Source: Hyphochytrium catenoides (lineage: Eukaryota > Protista > Hyphochytriomycota). From it: a stretch of DNA of 38,210 nucleotides. Location: the NCBI GenBank assembly GCA_900088475.1, contig FLMG01000032.1, forward strand, positions 1 through 38,210. Reading direction: 5' to 3'. The notes beneath the pieces were generated by a model. The model worked only from the letters and a program-made list of their open reading frames with translations. It did not search any database and was not told the origin of the DNA. Below, in pieces: positions 24,996-35,244 of this stretch. The stretch's first letter is position 1. Each line of letters begins with the position of its first letter. Position numbers and translations under genes: made by a program.

Positions 24996-26128
24996 TCACT
25001 GTTCTACCTCAAGAGTGACTTCCATCTTCGTTCCTCCCACGCCCAATATATCGCCATTCTTTAGTGGCATAGGGACCTGCGCCTCCACTGTCTTGCTGTT
25101 GTCGGCGAGGAGCGGAAGGCAGGAGGGGGGTGGACAAGAGAGCCGGCAGTGAGTTATAGATTCCAAGCAGTTCACAAGTGCGGCAATCTATGAGGTTTCG
25201 GCCCCGCAGACAGCTTACCCGTTAATTGAAGAGCCGTTAGTGCTCCCCACATCGGTATAATAAACTTGGTTGTCCAGCATCTCGATCTGTCGGCACTAGG
25301 TGCTTAGTAACAAAAGCAAGAGAGATGCACCAACAGATGTAACACCTTCGAGTGAGCTGTGGAAACCTCAGGATCATCCTTCAGACTGAGGCCATGGGGG
25401 CCCTGGTACTTCTTGCCTGACGACCTTCCCACCAGGCATGCCACCTGTCGCAGGCACGGTTAGCTGTGGATCTATTTGGGAGCAATGGCAAAGAGACCTA
25501 CCCCTTCTTCCAGCGCGAGCTCATATGTCTTTCCAGCGTAAATACCCGCCAACACCTGCAGGACCAGCTTTCCCTTTCTTATCACTGGCTCTGGATCACT
25601 CTTTGCACTGTCTGCATTCATCGAAACATAAATTCCTCGGTTAGCTCTGAAGAGCATGTAGTTTTTTCTCAGCCACACCGTCACTTGTCTTGCCAGCCTC
25701 TTCAATCTCCTTGATTCCTTGCTCAGCCTGGCTTCGCAAATCCTCTAGCGCCGATTGCCCTCGGTCCTGGATGAACTGACACGAAGGACATTAGACATAA
25801 AGGGGCGAGTATAAAGCAAGGTCTACGCTTGTAATACCTTGATGAGGACATCACACTGGCTTTGAAGATGACCTTCTAAGGTTAGATTGTCTGGTGCCAT
25901 CTCAGTCAGACGGCAGGAAGCTCTACGACGGCGCACAGTCATGAACGGGAGCTCCTACCGGCGTCCAGGTTTTCCTTATTAGCATCCTCTAGTTTCCTTT
26001 GCTTCGATTCGTCCACAACCTTCACCTCATTGGACCTCTTTCGCGACTCCTGGAATAAAGCTTGCTTGGCGTCCAGCACATCACGCAGTTCTCCTTAGGT
26101 CATTTCTTACCTTCGCCACACGCGGCAT
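24996..26128 (-). CDS. Helix + C-terminal FHA protein, probable Survivin/BORI-type chromosomal passenger complex subunit (8 exons)
   Basis: Spliced product: MPRVAK|ESRKR..ANKENLDA|DNLTLEGHLQSQCDVLIK|FIQDRGQSALEDLRSQAEQGIKEIEE..|..LVLQVLAGIYAGKTYEL..|VACLVGRSSG..EVSTAHSK|IEM..YTDVGSTNGSSING|..LKNGDILGVGGTKMEV. The FHA motifs GR, SxxH and GSxNG are intact. The FHA call is firm; the BORI call is an inference. Confidence 0.8.
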
Positions 26129-26464
26129 CGTTGGGTACAATCCGTCGTTATAGCAGGCGCTTTCAGAGCACAGTGTGAAAGGCAACAGAGGAGCACTTAT
26201 GGCTCTGTTACGATAGACTTATACCTGCGCTTAGCGCAACCCCTTGAGCCCTTGAGTCTACGAGCGCTGATGGCAATCAGAGCACATGATAGGGAGACTC
26301 TCTGGCGGTCTCACAGTCCAGACTCTGCTGATGATGGGAGGTTAGCATCTACTAGAGACCGCTCCGATTCTCTCTCCGCCCGGGTGCGCAACATGCGGGC
26401 AACTCTCAGACTTTTTGTATTTTCAACTTTGGTACCAAAGCCCTCACACCAAAATTGGGATAAT

Positions 26465-26472
26465 CCGCTAAC
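26465..26472 (+). promoter_or_regulatory. CCGCTAAC motif upstream of the FHA/BORI-like gene
   Basis: Exact 8-mer copy about 340 nt from the ATG. Confidence 0.4.
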
Positions 26473-27062
26473 GCCGAGCCATCAGCCGCTACCGGCTAGC
26501 CAACCGCGGTTTTAGGGCAAAGATGGGCTTCTCATCACTCAGAAGGTGGTCCCTTGCGACCTTGCCTCCTCGGGGCCTCAGGGCTCATTCAGTGCCCAGG
26601 CCTGACCTTCTCCAACTCTTCTGCCGCCACATCATCTCACATCATCACTCGTTAGCTTCCCCCTCGTCACCCAGGTCAAGTGCTTTATACGACGTGGCTG
26701 CTTGGCTTTAGAAAGTATCCTCCTTTTCCTCTGATTGAGTCTTCGTTCGACAGCTGGTGTCCAGCTTGCGACGAAAGCGAAGGGAACGAGGTAGCGAGCC
26801 AATCTAGTAAGGGAGTTGTCGAAGAGCAGGAGAAATGTAAGGATGGTAGAGACGCGAAGTCCAGCGGCGTCACTTGAAGGGGAGACGGCAGCAGCCCAAT
26901 GGCACAGCCGTCGTCAAGCCGTCGATCGCGGACCGACTAGAGCAGCTCCGCAGGAGCAGCAGCAGCAGTGCAAACAGGAACACCCTGACCGCGTACGAAG
27001 AAGCAAGAGTAATAAATAACTAATATCTATTTGACACATAAGAGTACAGGCATTGGGTCGCC

Positions 27063-29592
27063 TTATCTTCGTGGACGGCGTGCTCTGACAATCTTTCGCC
27101 CACCAGCGCCCTGCTGATTTGAAGAGGTGGTGCCGAGAGAGAGCGTGAGAGGAGTCGGAGCATTACCAGCAAAGGAGGATGTGGAGCCCATACTTGGCCC
27201 AGAGGCGCCGAAGGTGAAGGTAGAGGGCGGTGCGTTGCCTCCTCCAACAGATGCCTTACCAAACTCAAATACTCCACTGCCAGTACTAGATGGTCCTGGA
27301 GTGACTGCGGCTCCAGAGCCAAAGAAAGAAGGCTGACTGGGCGTTGAAGAAGGGATTGTCGGAGCTGGCTCAGGCATTAGACTGCTCTGGGATGCGTTAG
27401 GGATCTTATTACTTCCACCACCGAAGGTGAAAGCAGGAGCTGGGGTTTGCGGTGGCCGTGAATCAGCTTCTGCCACTTTTGGGGCGGTATCATTGACTGA
27501 GGATCCCTTCTTATCCGCTCCACCACGTTTGCTTGGTGACTCGGACTTGGAAAGAGAGTCAAAGGGAAAAAGGCGTAGCGGAGAATCAAAAGTGAGCACA
27601 TTCTCAGCAACGCGAGAGTTCAGATTGAGGCCTACCTTCTGTTCATTAGTTTGCGGACCCGATAGCGTGATAGCGGTCGACTGGCTGGGGGGGTTTGCTA
27701 AAAAGCAGGAGTGCAGTGAGAGCCAGACCTCAGGCAGGTTACGAGCGGTAAATTACCTATCATAACAGAGGGTTCATCTCGAGAGTTGCTTACGCCTTGA
27801 GAGGGTTGAGCTCCTGCGTCCTATGCGTTGACAACAAATTAGAACAGGAACATCGTAGCAGCACCATGCTTTCTAGAGAATGCTCGGGCCAACTTGGGAC
27901 AGACCTTGCGCATTGAGCACCGTTCATCCATTGCCTTTAGGAAGTTGTGTACCATTTGGTCTGCGGCTTTGGTTCGCAAGAGCAGCACCGTTGTTGCGGA
28001 TGGACCCTGATAACGCTGGGTACCGGCCAGTTAGCCATACTCAAGTTCGTTCCGAAAAGATGATTCTGCTTACCTGTCGCGCAGTGACTCTCTGTCTCTT
28101 GATAGCTGGGCGTCTTTGATGCGCGATCTTGGTAACCGCAGATGCCCAAGCGACTTTGGAGGGCGACAGGGATGACGGCAGGTTGTCTGCTGAGAAGTCG
28201 TCCTTCTTCCCTATCCCGCTGCTGGGATCGGAAGAATGTCGAGCGGTTTCCACCTGCGAGGTGCAGCCCCAATGGACAAAAGACAGTTGGTTCCCCAATT
28301 GCTTGCTTTAGATGTACCTCTCTTCTTCCAGGAAGATGAGGCACACGAGGAGAATGCAGTTCGCACCTTTGCAGCGGTGTGGAGGAAGTGAAGGAGAGAG
28401 AGGAGGACTCGGCTCCCCTGCGCCCTCGGATAGGGAATCTTCCTGCTGAGCCTCCTGATTTCTGAGTTGACGATGTCGAACGCAGAACTTGCCGACCGTA
28501 GCGCTGGTGGCAGTTTGGTTGTCGAATACATGGAACGCTTCCCTCTTCCCTTTTCCTCTCCCCCTAGAGTGAGCTCTGGTCAGCGGGGTACGCATCACCG
28601 ACCACGCATGTCAGTCACCCGTTTTCCTCACCTTTGATCTTTCTTTTTCTTGAGGCTTTCTCAGTGAGGATTCGCTGGGGTGAAACATCTTGGGACGTTG
28701 ATTGCTTAGCATCCGAGGTCCTACGGCAAAAGCTTAATGACGATACCCTAGCAGTCTCTGGAAGAAGAGGAAAGAGTAGAGGACACACATAACAGCGCTA
28801 CATCAAGGGCTCATATACCTGGGACGCATGCGAGGGCGATGTGATGATGTCTCAGTTCTGCTCTCAGCGATAGGGAACAACCTATCCAAGATCACGCGAT
28901 CAGGCTCCTCCTCAAGGGACATGGGGTCTCCGGCCTAGGATAAGGGAATAATCAAGGCCAGACGATCTATCACTGCATGGCCACAAGCTCCCGTTCCCAA
29001 GGCAAGAAGGGAGACACACCTCAAAGATCGTGAGCTTCTTTCGGCTGCGAGGGCGAGAGCTCTCCAGAGAGGCTTCTAGCTGACCTTCAAGCTCTCCTAG
29101 TTTGCGCTTGGTGCCTCTTCGAGCTGAGATCGTCCGGTCTCCCGACAGAGCTTGGTCTCCTTTGGCCTTGACCGTGCTGAGAAGCTCTGGTTCTCGACTC
29201 CGTTCTGCGGGCACGAGCATGGGGAAGGTGACACGTCTCCCTTGCCTGCCTTCAGCAGTATAAGCGGCAGAGGGCTCCGCAAGTAGCATGTGCTTCTCTT
29301 CCATGGTGGACGGCCTGCGCGATGGTTTGACCATGGTCCTCGATGGAGGGAGAGGAGGTTGGACCTGTCGCTGGCGCAGGAAGGAGGAGACGGGTCTCAA
29401 TGGCGAGAGGTACGACCTGTTGGCGGATTGACTTTGCACCCGGCGGAGGGCATCGTGGGAGCATAAACCTGGATAGTCGCTTGTGACGTCCCACTTCACT
29501 GTTCTCTGCCTCATCATGCGACGGAAATAAGGTATAAAGGTCACGCCAATGAGGATGAAACCAAGTAGAATAGCTTGGAAGAGTAGCTCCAT
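27063..29592 (-). CDS. FG-repeat nucleoporin with N-terminal transmembrane helix (POM121-like architecture, Nup153/Nup1-like C-terminus), 9 exons, about 630 aa
   Basis: Hydrophobic N-terminus MELLFQAILLGFILIGVTFIPYFRR. Basic NLS-like clusters RRGTKRK, RPRSRKK and SRKRKIK. The last exon has FTFG, SFFG, FEFG, FTFG and the tail LSLG..GGRKIVRARRPRR*. A phase-consistent GT-AG path links the first and last exons. Confidence 0.72.
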
Positions 29593-30625
29593 TGTCAAGC
29601 ATTGACTGGACCTCTGCCGTGGCCGTTCCCTTTGCCAATCAGAGCTCTAAAGCCTAACACGCTGACTTCTGTGAGGAGTACATACCCCGCTGTTGCCCTG
29701 GGGACACATTCACACTAGAGACCACCATCGAGAACGATGTCTTGTCTGCAGATGAGATGATGAAGTCAAAGAGCTCCAAAAGCCGATAACAAGCTCCAAA
29801 GGGACGTTAACAGCTCCATAGCCGTTCACAGTTTTTGCATCACTGCATTCTTCATCTCAGTCTTCAGACCATCAAAGGTCAGATGGTCAGCAGGTCTGAT
29901 TGAGCCTTCGTCTAATAAAGAGACGATGGTCTTGATACGCATTAATCTTGTCGCCTCTATTCAAGAGTCTCATCTATTCTCTATCGCCTCCTCTTCGTCC
30001 AGCTCTGGAGCTTCCTATGACCACTCCTTCTCGTGGCATCTTCTTTGGATTGTCCGAAAGGACAGATAGTTGTTCTGCGAGCCCTTGAGACGTACCTCAA
30101 ACGAGAAGGGAGATGGTCGCAGCGGAAGGGACGCGGGAGCCAAAAATAGAAGAAGATAAACGAGGGCCAATCGTGTAACTACCTCTGGGCTCAAGCAATA
30201 CTTCAGCTGTCACTGCAGAGACTGATGACGGAAGGAGAGTGCCCAAGTTCGGCATCATCGAGTCTTCCTTGCCATGGTCCCTGACCATTTCTTTCGCTGG
30301 CTCTCATCGTCTTGCTCGCTTTTCTAAAGCAACATCGTACATGAAAGGGAGGATGCGCCTTAATGGTCATCATGGGTCAGGGTATAAGGAAGATTGCCTG
30401 ATTGACAGCGTTGACCACCTCAAGCGCTAGGTTTATGTCACATTGTCATGTGCCCATTAGTAGTCTTATACTGAGAGAGTGCAGCACACATAGGCGACGA
30501 TGGCCGTGACACAGTGCTGGAGCTGTGTCATGTGCTGGTGCAAAACTATGGGGAGAGTTCATCGCCATAGGGATATGTGACAACCCCTTCTCTGGTCCTT
30601 TGTGCTGGCAAGCACAGCCATCAGC

Positions 30626-32034
30626 CTAGCTCTTCTTTTTGAAGAAACTCTGAATGCTGCCCTTTTGTGGAGTGGCCTTTCTCTGCGATGGAGGCTGCTT
30701 GGCGTTGGGACCCAGCTTCTTGGCCCCATCGTCAGCACTGGTAAGACCAGGCAGCCCCTTATGAGCTTCGAACGCTTTCCCCGCATCGACGACAGATACT
30801 TCGGCCTCCGCATTCTGTGGTGCAGTTGTTCTGACGTGAAGATGGTGAAGATTTGACAAAAGAAGTGAGCACGTAGGTCACCAGCTTCAATGATCAAACG
30901 ACAGGAGTTCTCACCTGGACTTCTTCGGAACTGGACCTGGCTGTGTCGGACGTGATGGGGTCACCTCTCCTTGGATCCCCGCCTGCTTCTTTTGGAAGAA
31001 GTTATTGATAGGTTGTGTTCCTTCCTTGGTTGTCTCATAGTCAAAATCACGAACGAGGTTTTCTTTGCCGCCCATCCGCTTCGCAATCATGTCGGTGAGT
31101 GTTCGCGCATTCTTCGGGCTCATGCCCTCCGAGTCATTGAGGAAGTAGATGTACTCGTCTCCTTGGCGGCTACATACACGATCGGCAAAGTCCAATAACA
31201 CCTCATCACTATAGTAGGCGTACCAGTTGGTGCTCTCGGTACCGTGCATGAAACGTGTATAGTGCCAAGACGCTGTTGACTCCTTGCATCTGATGAACTC
31301 TGGGTGGTTGCTGATAACCTCTACGATTGGAATGTCATACTGCCGCAGAAGAGCGTATACATCCGCGCAAAACCAATCGATATGTCTGAACTCTATAGCA
31401 ACGCTGTGTCTTGCTGTCATCGTCCCCCTTACAATCTCACAAAAACGGCGAAGCAATTCGTCATCTCTCCCGAGGGATGGTGGCAGTTGCACCAGGATGG
31501 GTCCGAGTTTCTCTTTTAGGCCGTCGGCAGCTCTCTGGGCAAAGAACTTGAAGCTTTCTGCAACATTCAATAGCCGTGCTTCATGGGTGATGTTTCGATT
31601 TAGCTTTAACGAGAAGATGAAGCCCTTCCTAGATTCTTTGTGCCACTTCGCGTAGGTCTGCTCACTCGGCGTCCCATGAAAGCTGTTGTTGATCTCAACG
31701 GTGGGGAAGGACGCTGAAAAGGTTCTGTCATGAGATAAAGGAGGGAGAACGTGGGCGTAAGGCCTTTCCGCATCCAAAACGTGCCATTCAAAGAACCCGG
31801 TGACGAGGCTTACTTGAGCTCTTCGTTCTGTTTAACAGTTTTGGGGTAGAAGACTCCATTTCTCCAATGGGGATAGGTAAACCCTGCTGTTCCGATGTAT
31901 ATCGCCCTTTCACTGACATCTCTCTCTACTCCAAGCTCTGCTGCATTCCTCTCTGAATCAGTGGTGTGTGCCTCCCGCCGGTTCACATTCTCATGGCCAT
32001 CATCTTCAACCTGTTCCGAACCTCGTTTAGCCAT
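30626..32034 (-). CDS. DUF72 (UPF0759, YecE/YunF-like) TIM-barrel protein with a C-terminal tail carrying two PIP-box-like motifs, 3 exons, 411 aa
   Basis: Exons are 32034-31814, 31724-30915 and 30830-30626. DUF72 motifs: IGTAGFTYPHW..FYP, VEINNSFH..P, FSLK..ITHEARL, LGPILVQLPP, AIEFRH..W, YTRFMHG, YIYFLND..PKNA. Tail motifs: TQPINNFFQKK and KGSIQSFFKKKS*. Confidence 0.9.
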
Positions 32035-32316
32035 AGCTCAATCCCAACTCAATGAGACTAATAGTGGGATAAAGGGTTAGGGTTGGGTTAGAGCGTAGCC
32101 TTTAAACGGCCCTCCTTACGGCCCATTGAACAATCTTCAAAGATCTCTGAAGTCTGGAGGACTGAGGGCTGCTGGAGACGCTGTAGCAGGAGGATGAAGT
32201 GCAGATTCTGATGAGTTCGCGCGGGTGAGAGAATCCAAAAGGCAGCGCGGGAATTGCGGTATGATCGGGCCGTATTCTGTATCTGACTGTGCTGATAGAG
32301 GAGAGGAAACATACCC

Positions 32317-32345
32317 GTTAGCGGTAATAGTTAATGATAGAGAGC
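32317..32345 (-). promoter_or_regulatory. Extended upstream element of DUF72 (contains CCGCTAAC), similar to 35245-35275
   Basis: ttagcggtaatagttaatgatagagagc aligns with ttagcgggtaatatcaacgatagtgaaagc. Confidence 0.45.
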
Positions 32346-32554
32346 ATTGGAAAGAAAAGTCTTCTGATGACTTTTTGCAGAGGCGATAGTAATAGCCCCA
32401 GCATTATAAGAGGAAGGGAAATTATCTATAAAAGCGGCAGAATATCGATAACTCTGTCCCTAAAAATAGAGAAGAAATAAATCTGCAGATGCACATCCAC
32501 GACCCATGCCGATCTCCGAAGACTGATCAAAGCGAAGAGCTTCTCCTAGAATAG

Positions 32555-32692
32555 AGAGAGCGAGCTGATGATGGCGCCCCACTAATAAGAGCAAGTAGTA
32601 GCGATGTGTTCAAATTAGAGAATAGCTGCAAATGGATTGATGCGAAGGTAGTAGCTACTACTTGCTCTTAGGGGCGCCATCAAGCAACTCTC
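32555..32692. repeat. Long imperfect inverted repeat (fold-back hairpin)
   Basis: tgatggcgcccc[actaa]taagagcaagtagtagc (32569-32602) is the reverse complement of gctactacttgctcttaggggcgccatca (32654-32682). That gives 29 paired bases with one 5-nt bulge, and looser pairing continues outward. Confidence 0.85.
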
Positions 32693-33759
32693 TTCGAAGA
32701 AGAAATCGCTTTTCAAACCTTCCAGATTATAGAGCGGATGGTACTCCAGAACACGTAGGTAAGAAAGATATAGATAGCTTCCTGCTGCTTTCTAACACAA
32801 AGGAGTGAACTATTTGTCATCTCTGTTACTAATAAAGAGATGGTGGAGCGAGACAACAACAGAAGACGAGCCCGACGAAGAAATCCAACAAGATTTATCC
32901 TAGGGCAGTCTTATTGATTTAAGGATAATAGAAGTATGGCTGACTAATGGTGATTGTCATTCGGGAGGAGCGGTGTACTGGATGTCCTCAGAGATCTGCC
33001 CTCTTCTAGTAATAATCCTACCTTATTGGTCGCACCCAACCTCCTTGAACTTGCCGGAGCGACAGAAGTAGAAAAAGTAAGACAGCAGCTTTTCGAAAGA
33101 GAATATTATTGTGACTTCAGTAATGACTAGAAGTACTTGAAGCGAATGGATGGAAACAAACGAGTCAGAAGAGACGATGCCAAAAGACATGCAGGAAAGC
33201 CAAACGGTAGCTTAAGCTAATCTTCAGCATAGGAACAAGGACTGACAGATTGTCAGACTCAGTGGGTCCTAATAAAAGTCTAGTACTACCATCTTGTCCG
33301 CAAGCAACCTCCTTAAGTTAAAGAGGACGAGAAAAATAGAAGAAGACCGCTGGCTTTCATTTCAGGTGTCAGAGCTTCGTTTCTTGTTGTTAGGGTCAAG
33401 TTCCAGACAGCGCAGCCCAGTGAGGGCAGAAGAGAGTGTGTCAGTTGATTGTAGAGATGAGTTGTAAGGTATAAGCCTCTGAAAGAAGCACATGATGAAG
33501 TGTTTGTTGCAGAAGCCGCTGAGTCCCACCACCACAAATCTGCATCCGACAACTACACGCTTGGCTCAAGTGACCCCGCCAAAAAGAGGCGGCTCTGCTG
33601 CTGACTAGGGCTGAGATAGTGCGGGGCAGAGGCTGGTCAGCGACCTCTTTCTAGGTAGTAGTAGTAATAGACAGCGGAGTTGTTGCTGACTTCTCGTATG
33701 ATGTTCATCACCATTTTTGGAAGAACAACTGTCATGTATGGAGGACGTTCTGCCTTCCC

Positions 33760-35139
33760 TCAATAGTAGTGACATTTATGCACAGCTTTACAATGATCCA
33801 ATAAGCCGTTGATCTGGAATAGCCTTGATGATCTGCCGCTTCTGATGATGATACACCTCAAACAATGGACCCTGTCCGATGAGAGTTCATTATAGCATAG
33901 GCATTCATTTTCCCACAGAAACGGACGTCCGTAGCAGCTCCTCTGTGCTACTTGTTTACTGGGAGGGGTATGACGAGCCAAGTAGTGCTGATATATGTCG
34001 TGAACGGTCGGATATATCTCTTGTACTTCAGGCCAGGGTCTACATAGACGGCAGGATAGTGTGACATCACCGCTCATGAGAACCCCTTGCTGAACCAAAA
34101 GGGACCTTTTCTCAGTTGCAGCTATGGCTCGGTGCCTTGCACTTCGATAATCCTCCTCTTCCATCAGATCTTCTTCAACAACCCTTGTTTCCTCTAATAT
34201 TTTGGGAAGAAGTCTCTTGAAAGCAGATTTCTGAAGCTCACTTGCCAGCTTCATCACGTTGCGTTCAAACGTTTTAGTGCCTGCTAGACGCTCTGCAGTC
34301 AGCCGTTTATTAGCTGCTAGACAGAAAGATAGCAGGATAGTGCGACGCATCTTTCGACGCTCATCAGCGTCAATTTTCAGAAACTCTTCCCTCTTGCGCT
34401 TTTTCTCTGCCATTTTCGCTTCATGAAGTCTCTGCTTTCGTTCCAACTCCATTTGCTCTTGTTTTCGCCGATATATAACCTTGGCTTCTTCAATTGAACG
34501 ACCATCAAAGAAAAGTGTCTCGATCATTCTTCGCCAGTAGAATTGGAGATAGTTGCCTTTGACATCAGCTTCTGTTGATGGATACATCTCCAGATCATGC
34601 TTCTGCAAGCCGCATTCGTTCACCAACCGCCAATCCGAGATGGTTTCTCGGCAAAGACAATCCATGCAATAGCGCACAAGAAATTCCCAAGTGACTTTAC
34701 GAATAGCTTTCTTTCCACATGACATACATCCTGTGGTACCCAGCAAACGGAGCAGATCCCGGGGAGCCGCCAACCCTTCGGCCAAAACAAATTCCGCTGT
34801 TCGGACTTGATTGTGCCAGTAATCGGACTTCCCAGTGGAGTTCTGTTTGTAACAGTTCCATGCTAGAGACCAGAGTTCCGTTGCGCGCTCGTCCTCCAAG
34901 AGAAAGGAGAAATACTTGCAAACACAGCTCAATGAATGGAGACTGTGCGGATCCCGATGACTGAGTGAAGCACAGAAGCTAAAGATCAGCCTCCAGACGT
35001 CCTCCGAACACAGCAAGATTCCTTTTGCCCGTATCTTTATGAGGTCTTCTTCCTGGAACTTCGGCTTCGGTCGAAAATACGGTAACAAGCTCGCACGAAA
35101 CTGCTGGCGCTGTAGTCTGGTCGCGGCGTTGATGATCAT
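33760..35139 (-). CDS. Intronless F-box-like protein with an XPA-like C4 zinc module, a charged helix and two C2H2-like zinc fingers (459 aa)
   Basis: F-box-like segment LLCSEDVWRLIFSFC..SLHSLSCVCKYF. XPA-like segment CMSC-x16-CMDC..ISDWRL..GL..DL..LQFYWRRMIE. Fingers CRLC..HYLARH and CLRC..GLLDHCKAVH. The 1,380-nt ORF is uninterrupted. Confidence 0.75.
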   Translation of the reverse strand: MIINAATRLQRQQFRASLLPYFRPKPKFQEEDLIKIRAKGILLCSEDVWRLIFSFCASLSHRDPHSLHSLSCVCKYFSFLLEDERATELWSLAWNCYKQNSTGKSDYWHNQVRTAEFVLAEGLAAPRDLLRLLGTTGCMSCGKKAIRKVTWEFLVRYCMDCLCRETISDWRLVNECGLQKHDLEMYPSTEADVKGNYLQFYWRRMIETLFFDGRSIEEAKVIYRRKQEQMELERKQRLHEAKMAEKKRKREEFLKIDADERRKMRRTILLSFCLAANKRLTAERLAGTKTFERNVMKLASELQKSAFKRLLPKILEETRVVEEDLMEEEDYRSARHRAIAATEKRSLLVQQGVLMSGDVTLSCRLCRPWPEVQEIYPTVHDIYQHYLARHTPPSKQVAQRSCYGRPFLWENECLCYNELSSDRVHCLRCIIIRSGRSSRLFQINGLLDHCKAVHKCHYY

Positions 35140-35244
35140 AGTTCGCGCTTCTGTACAGATAGTAGTCGTTCTATGGGTGCGTTTTTGATAGTGACTTCAT
35201 CTGTCCAACTGTACAGCAACGAACTTGCAGAGAACTGAGCTGCA

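Noticed and set aside
3930-32034. Alternative genetic code or stop-codon readthrough as the cause of ORF fragmentation
   Set aside because: The breaks in the conserved genes I traced fully are explained by canonical GT-AG introns with compatible phases, and TAA, TAG and TGA all serve as true stops.
30626-32034. Bacterial contamination as the source of DUF72
   Set aside because: The gene has two spliceosomal introns and sits contiguously among eukaryotic genes.
32071-32093. Telomeric repeat (gggttagggttgggttag)
   Set aside because: It is only 2-3 imperfect units. It might be a telo-box-like promoter element, but is too short to support a call.
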